A DNA stretch of 64,000 nt, taken from assembly GCA_902536295.1 (NCBI GenBank), contig CACAWS010000001.1, positions 43,452-107,451 of the forward strand. Reading direction: 5' to 3'. Of this stretch, positions 55,490-62,607 are shown in pieces; the first letter of the stretch is position 1; each line of letters opens with the position of its first letter. The notes beneath the pieces were generated by a model, which was not told the DNA's origin, did not search any database, and saw nothing but the letters and a program-made list of their open reading frames with translations. The translations under genes and the position numbers were made by a program. Origin of the DNA: an uncultured SAR86 cluster bacterium (GTDB taxonomy: Bacteria > Pseudomonadota > Gammaproteobacteria > Magnimaribacterales > AG-339-G14).

Positions 55490-55682
55490 ATTAAAAATGT
55501 TTTTAGTTCAAAAATAGGATTTAAAGAAACATTTCAAAATATATTTGAAATTTTAACAGAATTTACAGTATTTACTGTTATCGGTTTTGTTATGTGGCTT
55601 GGAATAGGTTTTGGGTACTTATTATTGGAATTTATTATATTTTCGATTTTCTAGGCGTGATAGGGTCAGACACAAAGAGAAA

Positions 55683-55790
55683 CTAACCCTATCTAATCTG
55701 TCTAATCTACCTAATCTACCTAATCTATCTAATCTATCTAATCTACCTAATCTACCTAATCTATCTAATCTATCTAATCTATCTAATCTC
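55683..55790. repeat. 9-bp tandem repeat array (CTAATCTAY, 11 regular copies plus one degenerate) with 36-bp higher-order periodicity
   Basis: 'ctaatct' recurs every 9 bp from 55693 to 55789. The variable dinucleotide follows the pattern ac,ac,at,at,ac,ac,at,at,at. Confidence 0.9.
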
Positions 55791-55802
55791 CCAAACCACT
55801 GC

Positions 55803-55831
55803 TTGCATACTAAAAAATACGTAGCTAAAGT
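55803..55831 (+). promoter_or_regulatory. Promoter candidate for the 55862 cassette
   Basis: TTGCAT (55803-55808), a 17-nt spacer, then TAAAGT (55826-55831). A strong SD (AGGAGA, 55853-55858) precedes the ATG at 55862. The repeat array ends 13 bp upstream of the -35. Confidence 0.3.
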
Positions 55832-55861
55832 GCACACCGCTTTAATGAATTCAGGAGAAAT

Positions 55862-56569
55862 ATGGAGAAAGAAATGATATCAAGGTTGGCTAATATTTAT
55901 AGCCAAACAAAAAATTATTTTAATGAAAATAAGGGTGAGGATCCTGACATTTTTTTAAGAGTCGGTAGCAAAGAAGAGATAGGGTTTTCAATTCTTTATA
56001 CTCCTCCCATTTACAATCCCAAAATTTTAATTTGCGGTCAAAATCCAGGCAACTTTGGTTTTTCATGGGATGATGAATTCAATGATGAGATGTTGAAAGG
56101 AGAGGTGCCATCAGTTAATACTTATACAGCAGGAAGAGATAATCATTCTTATCCATTTGCTTTTGCAAAATTCATCAGATCTCAATTTGACTCAACTTCA
56201 GAAAGAAAAGAGATTTTAAATAATAATACAGTTGGAATGAATATTTGGCCTTGCCAATATCATGGAACACCCAAATTTAGCTCAAAAGAAAGAAAGGAGT
56301 ATTTAAAAACCTTCCATAGATTCAGCATACAAGTAATAAGAGCCATAAATCCTGAGAATATTATCTGCATAAGCGTGAAGGCTTTTGATGTTCTGAATAA
56401 AAAAAAAGCAACACAAATAAAAAAACATGAACATGGCGGCAGATATTCTGGTAGAGGTTTTTTTGGAGAGATACCTGTATATCTTGTTGGGCACCCTGCG
56501 AGCTATACTCCAAAAGAACTCCTTTATGAAGCATTAGATGATGCAATAGGGGAAATAGAGTCAAAGTGA
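55862..56569 (+). CDS. Uracil-DNA glycosylase superfamily-like protein (MUG/SMUG-like GxNPG motif)
   Basis: 235 aa. 'PKILICGQNPGNFG' at about aa 53-66 resembles UDG motif A (G[IM]NPG in families 2 and 3). 'VYLVGHPASY' at about aa 205-214 resembles motif B (HPS/HPA). The motif spacing of about 150 aa fits the UDG fold. By-eye assignment only. Confidence 0.5.
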   Translation: MEKEMISRLANIYSQTKNYFNENKGEDPDIFLRVGSKEEIGFSILYTPPIYNPKILICGQNPGNFGFSWDDEFNDEMLKGEVPSVNTYTAGRDNHSYPFAFAKFIRSQFDSTSERKEILNNNTVGMNIWPCQYHGTPKFSSKERKEYLKTFHRFSIQVIRAINPENIICISVKAFDVLNKKKATQIKKHEHGGRYSGRGFFGEIPVYLVGHPASYTPKELLYEALDDAIGEIESK

Positions 56570-56808
56570 GTAAAGTAAATAATCCTTCGCACTATAAAAT
56601 TTCTCATCAAATGGCAGAGGTTATTTGGAAGTCATTGTATGAGTTGAGAGATAAAGAAAATGCCAAAGCTCTTTCTAAGTTAATGATTAATCAAGGATGT
56701 CAGGAAATAGAAGTTGAGGATATGTCTCTCATATTGGCTTTTTGGAAAGACTATATGGAAGATCATAATCTTTTATTTCTCAGTCTTGAAGAAATGGATT
56801 TTCATTAA
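56566..56808 (+). CDS. Small acidic hypothetical protein (80 aa), GTGA-coupled to the UDG-like gene
   Basis: GTG start overlapping the upstream TGA. The N-terminal 'VNNPSHYK' is reminiscent of the phage DUF3310 'HPSHY' opening (weak). The C-terminal half is strongly acidic ('QEIEVEDMS...YMEDHNLLFLSLEEMDFH'). Confidence 0.4.
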   Translation: MSKVNNPSHYKISHQMAEVIWKSLYELRDKENAKALSKLMINQGCQEIEVEDMSLILAFWKDYMEDHNLLFLSLEEMDFH

Positions 56809-56910
56809 TTTATATAAAAGTATAAAAGTAACTTTTGAAGTAAAGAGGCATATGAAGAGAGAATTAAGAAAAATTTTGGATCCCTACTTTAAAAACCAGT
56901 AGGTAAATTA

Positions 56911-57351
56911 ATGAAAGATAAGTTAGAACAAATGAAAACCTTTAAATACCAGAATCCAGAAGAACTTCGTGTATTTGAATTTGGCGATGAAGAATATGCG
57001 GAATGTCTAAAAACAAAAAAAGAATCCGAAGATAAATTGGAAGAAGAGCAAAAACATTTGAGCGAATGGGAAAGTTTGACCTTAAGAACATCGGTCTCAA
57101 CTATTCAATCCTGGGAATTAAAAGAAATAGCAGTCGAATTAGATTCTAAATTTAAATTTCAAGTAAATTCCACCATGCTAGAAACAAATGAACTTCGAGA
57201 AAGTTGTAACGATGCTCGAAAAGAGTCGATGTCATTTATTCAAAGTCACCTGAAGATAATTGAAGCATGCGATGAAAATTTAAAACTAATGGATGAATGG
57301 AATAGATTTCTAGATCATTGGATTAAAAAAGAAGACTTCGATGAAGCATAA
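56911..57351 (+). CDS. Acidic, predicted helical/coiled-coil hypothetical protein
   Basis: 146 aa, Glu/Lys-rich heptad-like sequence. No recognisable catalytic motif. Confidence 0.45.
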   Translation: MKDKLEQMKTFKYQNPEELRVFEFGDEEYAECLKTKKESEDKLEEEQKHLSEWESLTLRTSVSTIQSWELKEIAVELDSKFKFQVNSTMLETNELRESCNDARKESMSFIQSHLKIIEACDENLKLMDEWNRFLDHWIKKEDFDEA

Positions 57352-57416
57352 TTAGACATGTAAGTTCCTAAGATAGAGAGTTGCTAAATTTTGAAACGAT
57401 ATGGGACAATAATTTT

Positions 57417-57854
57417 ATGAAATATTTATTAATTATTTTAGTTTTGTTCTCAGGTTTTAGTTTTTCTATTTCTAAGGATGAATTAAGAGAAAGATATAAA
57501 AACGTAAATGAAGAAGATATTTTATTAGTTTGCGATACTAGTCAAACAAATCCAGATTTAAAATTACGAATTCTTTTTACTATAAGTGAAAAATCTGATT
57601 GGGTTAATTTAGAAATGTTTAATGATGATGATGTTTATCAATTAGCTAATATATTCAAGATGAAAGAAACTACACGTGAATTTAAAATAGATATAGGGAC
57701 TGATTTTGACATTTTGATAGATAGATTCACTCTAGAAATGAAATATGACAGAAGTAAAATGCAATGCAGAAAGGTTGATAGATTCAGTTATTTAATTGCA
57801 AGAGCAGAAGTACAAATAATGGCAGAAGAAATTCGAGCTAAACGTAAAATTTAA
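57417..57854 (+). CDS. Secreted hypothetical protein
   Basis: Start moved to the ATG at 57417, giving the signal peptide 'MKYLLIILVLFSGFSFS'. Two Cys residues. No family recognised. Confidence 0.5.
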   Translation: MKYLLIILVLFSGFSFSISKDELRERYKNVNEEDILLVCDTSQTNPDLKLRILFTISEKSDWVNLEMFNDDDVYQLANIFKMKETTREFKIDIGTDFDILIDRFTLEMKYDRSKMQCRKVDRFSYLIARAEVQIMAEEIRAKRKI

Positions 57855-57892
57855 CCAATTAATATAAGGGTTCATAAAAAGAAGGGGGAGAT

Positions 57893-58267
57893 ATGAATAA
57901 TTTATCAATTTTAAAAATTACATTAAGGATATTCGGTGTAGCATTCATTTTAATAATGCCGATGATGAAATTGGATCCACTTGGAGGATGGGCTTGGAGT
58001 CCAGGACAATGGGAATATGAAATGATGATTCAAGGGGTGTATATGACCCTAGGAGTAATGATGCTAATTGCTGCGAATGATCCTTTAAAAAATCCTTTAT
58101 TTGTTTGGTTTGTAGTGTGGAGTAGTTTGGTACACGGCGGGATTATGGCCTATCAGGCGATAATTGATACTCATGAAATGGGACACTTCCTTGGCGATAT
58201 CCCAGCTTTATTTATCCTTGCAATAATTGCTGGCTATAATTTAAGAAAATTACAAACGAGTTCATAA
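57893..58267 (+). CDS. Small integral membrane protein (about 4 TM), unknown function
   Basis: 124 aa. Strong SD (AAGGGGGAG) upstream. Hydrophobic segments with conserved-looking 'AANDP' and 'HGGIMAYQA'. Confidence 0.55.
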   Translation: MNNLSILKITLRIFGVAFILIMPMMKLDPLGGWAWSPGQWEYEMMIQGVYMTLGVMMLIAANDPLKNPLFVWFVVWSSLVHGGIMAYQAIIDTHEMGHFLGDIPALFILAIIAGYNLRKLQTSS

Positions 58268-58272
58268 GTACA

Positions 58273-58665
58273 ATGGAAAAAAAACTTTTTAGAAATGGTC
58301 CATATGCAGATTTTTTTTCGCAAGGCGTGCAAACGGGAAATATTCTTACTTTGGCTGGTCAATTAGGAGACGATTTAGAAGGTAACGTTCCAAACGATCT
58401 GCAAGGTCAGATGGAAAATTGCTACAAAAATATTGAAAATGTTTTGAAAGAATTTAATGCAACACTAGACAATATTATTGACGAAACATGGTTTGTTACA
58501 GACATAGAAGAATGCATGACAAACGTAAGTGATATTTTTGATTCAAGAGAGAAAATTTTTAATTGTAAACCAGAAGTCTCTCAAACATTAATTGGAGTAT
58601 CTTCCTTAGTGGACCCTAAATATAAAATAGAAATTAAATGTATTGCTTACTTAGCAAAAGTTTAA
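58273..58665 (+). CDS. RidA/YjgF/TdcF-family protein (reactive-intermediate deaminase fold)
   Basis: 130 aa. 'GNILTLAGQLG', 'QMENCYKNIENVLKEFNATLDNIIDETWFV', C-terminal 'IEIKCIA'. Confidence 0.75.
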   Translation: MEKKLFRNGPYADFFSQGVQTGNILTLAGQLGDDLEGNVPNDLQGQMENCYKNIENVLKEFNATLDNIIDETWFVTDIEECMTNVSDIFDSREKIFNCKPEVSQTLIGVSSLVDPKYKIEIKCIAYLAKV

Positions 58666-59079
58666 ATGAATAGTAAATCGAAAAATTTGCCTTTAAATCA
58701 AGCTTTATATACATGGTGGTTTGGAATTATTCTTTTTTCCTTGATCTGGCCAATGTTTATTGGTCCTTACATAGCATTGACTAATCCATCTTTTTTTGGA
58801 GGGCCTGAGGTGACAAACATAACCTTAAGCAGTTCTCTGTATGCGGCAAGAAATCTAGCTGTAGGGGTTGCCTTTCTTTTAGCTATTTATTTAAGAAATG
58901 CATCAATGTTATTTATTTTAATAGTGGTCAGATTGATAACAGATTTAATTGACGCACCATTATTTTATATTTTTAGAGAACCGAATTTAATAGGCCAAAT
59001 TATTATTTTTACTTTTTTATGTTATTTGCCAGCAATATTTGGATTACGTTATCTGTGGCAAAAAATTAATTACAAATAG
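58666..59079 (+). CDS. Small integral membrane protein (4 TM), unknown function
   Basis: 137 aa. The start abuts the RidA stop. Four hydrophobic helices. Confidence 0.55.
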   Translation: MNSKSKNLPLNQALYTWWFGIILFSLIWPMFIGPYIALTNPSFFGGPEVTNITLSSSLYAARNLAVGVAFLLAIYLRNASMLFILIVVRLITDLIDAPLFYIFREPNLIGQIIIFTFLCYLPAIFGLRYLWQKINYK

Positions 59080-59089
59080 ATAATTATTG

Positions 59090-60139
59090 ATGATCAATCA
59101 CCCAAATGAGTTGTCTACAAAATTTCTTGAAAATTTATTTGAAACCCATCAATCAAATTTAATAGATTTCAAATTTGAATCTGTCGGTTCAGGACAAGTA
59201 GGAGATTGCTATAGAATTTTTTTAAATTGGAAAATTAAAGATAGCTTGCCTGAAACCTTTATTGCAAAGTGCCCAGCAAATGACCAAGCAAGTAGAGAAA
59301 CAGCAAGAAATCTTAATTTGTATGAAATTGAGACTTCGTTTTATAAACATTTATCCAGTAGATGCTCCGCAAGAGTTCCAGATGTCTTTTATTCTGAATA
59401 TGATTCGGTCATAAAGGATGGAACAATATTTTTAGAAGATATGCATCCTGCCAAACAAATACCTCAAATGAATGGTTGTTCAGAATTTGAAGTAAAAAAA
59501 ATTCTTAAAGAGGCAGCTGCATTACATAAAAGTTTCTGGAACGATGAAGAATTATTAACCTATCCTTGGCTAACTTATAGTGTTAGTGAAGATAGAAAAA
59601 AGTTTGTAGCTGATCTGCTACCTGTCGTTTACCCAGAATGGAAGCAAAGATATAAGGGAAGGATCAATGAAGAAATTTTCGATATGGGTGATGAATTAAT
59701 TGCTAATTATAAAAAGTATTCTGAGGCCAATGCAGGTCCAATGACTTTAGTCCAAGGTGACTTAAGATTAGATAATATTTTATTTGATGATGAAAGCAAC
59801 GCTGCTATTTTGTTAGATTGGCAAACAGCTTCGATTGGACTGCCTTTGAATGACATTGCGTATTGTATTTCAACTAGTTTTGCTGATCCTCAAGAAAGAG
59901 CAATGTCTGAAGAAAGTTTATTGAGAGAATACTATGATTTACTTGAAGTTGAAGCCAACTATTCTTTTGAAGAAGCCTGGGATGATTACTGTCGTGGATC
60001 GTTTGTGGGTTTTTTAATGGCTGTAATGTCGTCTATGATAGTTGAAAGAACCGAAAGAGGTGATGAAATGTTTGCAGTAATGGCTGAAAGGTCAGGCTGG
60101 CAAGCCTTAGATTTAGATGCTTTATCTTTTTTAAAATAG
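59090..60139 (+). CDS. Phosphotransferase-family kinase (APH/CHK/EcKL-like)
   Basis: About 349 aa from the ATG at 59090. 'GSGQVGDCYR' nucleotide loop, 'FIAKCP' Lys, catalytic loop 'LVQGDLRLDNILF', 'LLDWQ' metal-binding Asp. Confidence 0.75.
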   Translation: MINHPNELSTKFLENLFETHQSNLIDFKFESVGSGQVGDCYRIFLNWKIKDSLPETFIAKCPANDQASRETARNLNLYEIETSFYKHLSSRCSARVPDVFYSEYDSVIKDGTIFLEDMHPAKQIPQMNGCSEFEVKKILKEAAALHKSFWNDEELLTYPWLTYSVSEDRKKFVADLLPVVYPEWKQRYKGRINEEIFDMGDELIANYKKYSEANAGPMTLVQGDLRLDNILFDDESNAAILLDWQTASIGLPLNDIAYCISTSFADPQERAMSEESLLREYYDLLEVEANYSFEEAWDDYCRGSFVGFLMAVMSSMIVERTERGDEMFAVMAERSGWQALDLDALSFLK

Positions 60140-60140
60140 T

Positions 60141-60842
60141 ATGACTAAAGAAAGAAACATTATTGCAATTGGAGGTGGGGGTTTTGGTCGTAATCCTGGA
60201 GAAGGGATAATAGAAGAATACATCTTGAAGCAAACTAGAAAGAAAAAACCTAATATCTGTTTTATACCAACTGCTACAGGAGACCATGATTCTTATAAAG
60301 TTAATTATTATGAGACTTTTTCAAAATTAAATTGTAATCCAGTTCATTTGGATTTATTTAAAAGAACACCAGATCTAAAACAATTAATCTCTGAACAAGA
60401 TGCAATTTTTGTAGGGGGAGGCAATACAAAAAGTATGTTGGCTGTTTGGAAAGAATGGCAATTAGATAAATTTCTTAAACAAGCTTATCAGGCTGGCACA
60501 ATAATGAGTGGCGTAAGCGCTGGAGCAATTTGCTGGTTTCAAAATGGAATTACTGATTCCTGGAGTTCCAGCTTAAAAGTTATGCCGTGTTTAAATTTTA
60601 TTAAAGGAACATGTTGTCCTCATTACGATGAAGAACCTGAAAGAAAGCCTATGGTAAAAAAACTATTAATCGCAAATAAATATAAAAATATTTTTGCAAT
60701 TGATGGAGGAGCTGCTTTGCATATCAAAAACGAAAACGTTTTTAAATCTGTTAGTTTTAAAATTGATAAAAACGCTCACACAGTGAGAATTGATAACAAA
60801 AATATAATTGAAAAAAGTTTTAGAAAGGTCATACTGACTTAA
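60141..60842 (+). CDS. Peptidase S51 (dipeptidase E-like) / class-I glutamine amidotransferase-like
   Basis: 233 aa. 'ICFIPTAT', 'IFVGGGNT', nucleophile elbow 'SGVSAGA', 'PHYDEE'. Confidence 0.78.
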   Translation: MTKERNIIAIGGGGFGRNPGEGIIEEYILKQTRKKKPNICFIPTATGDHDSYKVNYYETFSKLNCNPVHLDLFKRTPDLKQLISEQDAIFVGGGNTKSMLAVWKEWQLDKFLKQAYQAGTIMSGVSAGAICWFQNGITDSWSSSLKVMPCLNFIKGTCCPHYDEEPERKPMVKKLLIANKYKNIFAIDGGAALHIKNENVFKSVSFKIDKNAHTVRIDNKNIIEKSFRKVILT

Positions 60843-60871
60843 GTCAAACAATTTGTCTTATTACCAATTAA

Positions 60872-61117
60872 ATGGATTTTATTACATCAATTTATTCTTC
60901 TTTTTCAACAACACTTCTTTTTGGTTATGTGATTGGGAGTCTATTTATTATCACGCCACTTTATTTGTACACAAGATTTTATGAGTGGTTCTCAAATAAG
61001 ACTTCTTATTTTAATAAACGCGGAAACTTATTTGAAAAATTAGTTTGGATCCTTTTCTTAATTTATTTTGTGTGTTTTTTTATTTATTCAATATTTTACG
61101 TATTTATAATTAGATAA
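60872..61117 (+). CDS. Small two-TM hypothetical membrane protein
   Basis: 81 aa, two hydrophobic helices. No motif recognised. Confidence 0.35.
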   Translation: MDFITSIYSSFSTTLLFGYVIGSLFIITPLYLYTRFYEWFSNKTSYFNKRGNLFEKLVWILFLIYFVCFFIYSIFYVFIIR

Positions 61118-61122
61118 ATTTT

Positions 61123-62421
61123 TTAAAGAAAAATAAACTTCGAAATAAATATCAAAGTAAGAAACCAGGCCCCTGATGATATTTTATATATTTCGCCAGA
61201 CCCAATTTTTAAAACAACATAAGACAAAAATCCAAGAGCAATTCCATCGGCAATAGAAAAGGTTAAAGGAATCATTACGATAATTATCAAGGCAGGTAAT
61301 AAATCAATCATATTTGACCAATTCAATTTTTCCATACTACTTAGCATCAAGATTGATACATAAATTAATGCACCAGCTGTTGCTGCAGCAGGAACCATAA
61401 GCGCTATTGGAGATAAAAATGTGGTCAATATAAAAAATAGACCAATAAAAATTGCAGTCAAGCCTGTTCTACCTCCTGCTTCCACGCCAGCCGAACTTTC
61501 AACATAACTAGTTACCGGAGAACATCCAAAAAAAGTTCCGATAAAGCTAACACTGCTATCAGCTTTAAGAGCTTTATCAAGATTTTTTGCATTACCGTCA
61601 GCATCAACCAAATTAGCTCTGTTAGCAACTCCAAGCAAGGTACCAGTGGTATCAAAAAGATTTACAAATAAAAATGACATGATCACTGTAATCATTGATA
61701 TATTCAAAGCACCTAAAATATCAAGTTTTAGAAAAACAGGTGCTAGCGATGGCGGATAAGATATTATGCCGTTGTATTGAGTAAAACCTAATCCTAAAGA
61801 TATTAAAGTTGTTAATATGACTCCAATGAGTATAGCTCCAGGAATTTTTCTAACCGATAAAACTGAAATAATCAAAAATCCAATTGCTGCTACAAGGGTT
61901 TCTTGATTTGAAAGATCGCCAAGTTTTAAAAAAGTTGCATCATTACTAACAATTATTCCACCACTTTTTAGCCCTATAAAACCTATAAATAAGCCAACTC
62001 CCGCACCCATAGCTATTCTTAAATTAAGAGGAATGCTATCTATCATCCAACTTCTAAGTTGTGTAACACTCATTAGAAAAAATAAAATACCAGCTAAAAA
62101 GACAGCGCCTAGAGCAACTTCCCATGAATAACCCATTTCACCTACTACAGTAAAGGTAAAGAACGCATTCAACCCCATACCAGGAGCCAAACCTACTGGC
62201 CAATTAGCAAAAAGTCCCATCAACAAGCAGGCCAATGCTGCCGCCAAACAGGTTCCAACAAAAACCGCCCCTTGATCCATTCCAGTAAGAGACATGATTT
62301 GAGGATTAACAAAAACTATGTAGGCCATCGTTACAAAAGTCGTGAAACCTGCAAGTAATTCCTTTTGAATACTGGAGTTGTATTCTTTAAGTTTGAATAA
62401 ATCTTCTACAAGTTGCTTCAT
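61123..62421 (-). CDS. NCS2/AzgA-family purine (adenine/guanine/hypoxanthine) permease
   Basis: 432 aa. 'ELLAGFTTFVTMAYIVFVNP', 'GLAPGMGLNAFF', 'TSYVESSAGV..GGRTGLTA'. Confidence 0.88.
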   Translation of the reverse strand: MKQLVEDLFKLKEYNSSIQKELLAGFTTFVTMAYIVFVNPQIMSLTGMDQGAVFVGTCLAAALACLLMGLFANWPVGLAPGMGLNAFFTFTVVGEMGYSWEVALGAVFLAGILFFLMSVTQLRSWMIDSIPLNLRIAMGAGVGLFIGFIGLKSGGIIVSNDATFLKLGDLSNQETLVAAIGFLIISVLSVRKIPGAILIGVILTTLISLGLGFTQYNGIISYPPSLAPVFLKLDILGALNISMITVIMSFLFVNLFDTTGTLLGVANRANLVDADGNAKNLDKALKADSSVSFIGTFFGCSPVTSYVESSAGVEAGGRTGLTAIFIGLFFILTTFLSPIALMVPAAATAGALIYVSILMLSSMEKLNWSNMIDLLPALIIIVMIPLTFSIADGIALGFLSYVVLKIGSGEIYKISSGAWFLTLIFISKFIFL

Positions 62422-62607
62422 AACGAATAAGTTGATTATAAAGTATACCTATATCTAGTAGATTTAAATTTAAATGTTAAGAATGTACTAACTTTGTCTT
62501 TTTTAGAACATCGTAAATCAATTTTTTGAAATAAATCAGTGCATTTAATTAATCAAAGTCAAAAATAATAAAATTTTTTGTTACTTTTTTTTATTAGATA
62601 ATTAAAT

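Noticed and set aside
55683-55790. The tandem array read as a CRISPR array.
   Set aside because: The units are 9 bp and contiguous, with no spacers, no leader and no cas genes anywhere in the window.
55611-55877. 88-aa plus-strand ORF and 71-aa minus-strand ORF (55622-55837) running through the 9-bp repeat array ('LSNLPNLPNL...', 'RLDRLGRLGRLD...').
   Set aside because: Both are trivially open because the repeat unit lacks stops in those frames. The starts are non-ATG or lack an SD, and the plus ORF overlaps the strongly SD-led gene at 55862. They are treated as non-coding repeat.
56714-56902. 62-aa ORF bridging genes 56566 and 56911.
   Set aside because: It overlaps the 3' end of the 80-aa gene in another frame and has no SD. 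Only its last 16 codons (MKRELRKILDPYFKNQ) are free-standing, which is too little to call.
55223-61120. Prophage, ICE or integrative island at tRNA-Ala.
   Set aside because: I found no integrase, recombinase, transposase, capsid, terminase or conjugation genes, and no copy of the tRNA 3' end downstream by eye. It is kept only as a 'variable region' hypothesis in the findings.
62422-62607. Purine riboswitch expected in the 5' leader of the NCS2/AzgA purine permease (minus strand).
   Set aside because: The 186-bp region is almost pure A/T with no three-way-junction helices or conserved purine-riboswitch junction sequence.
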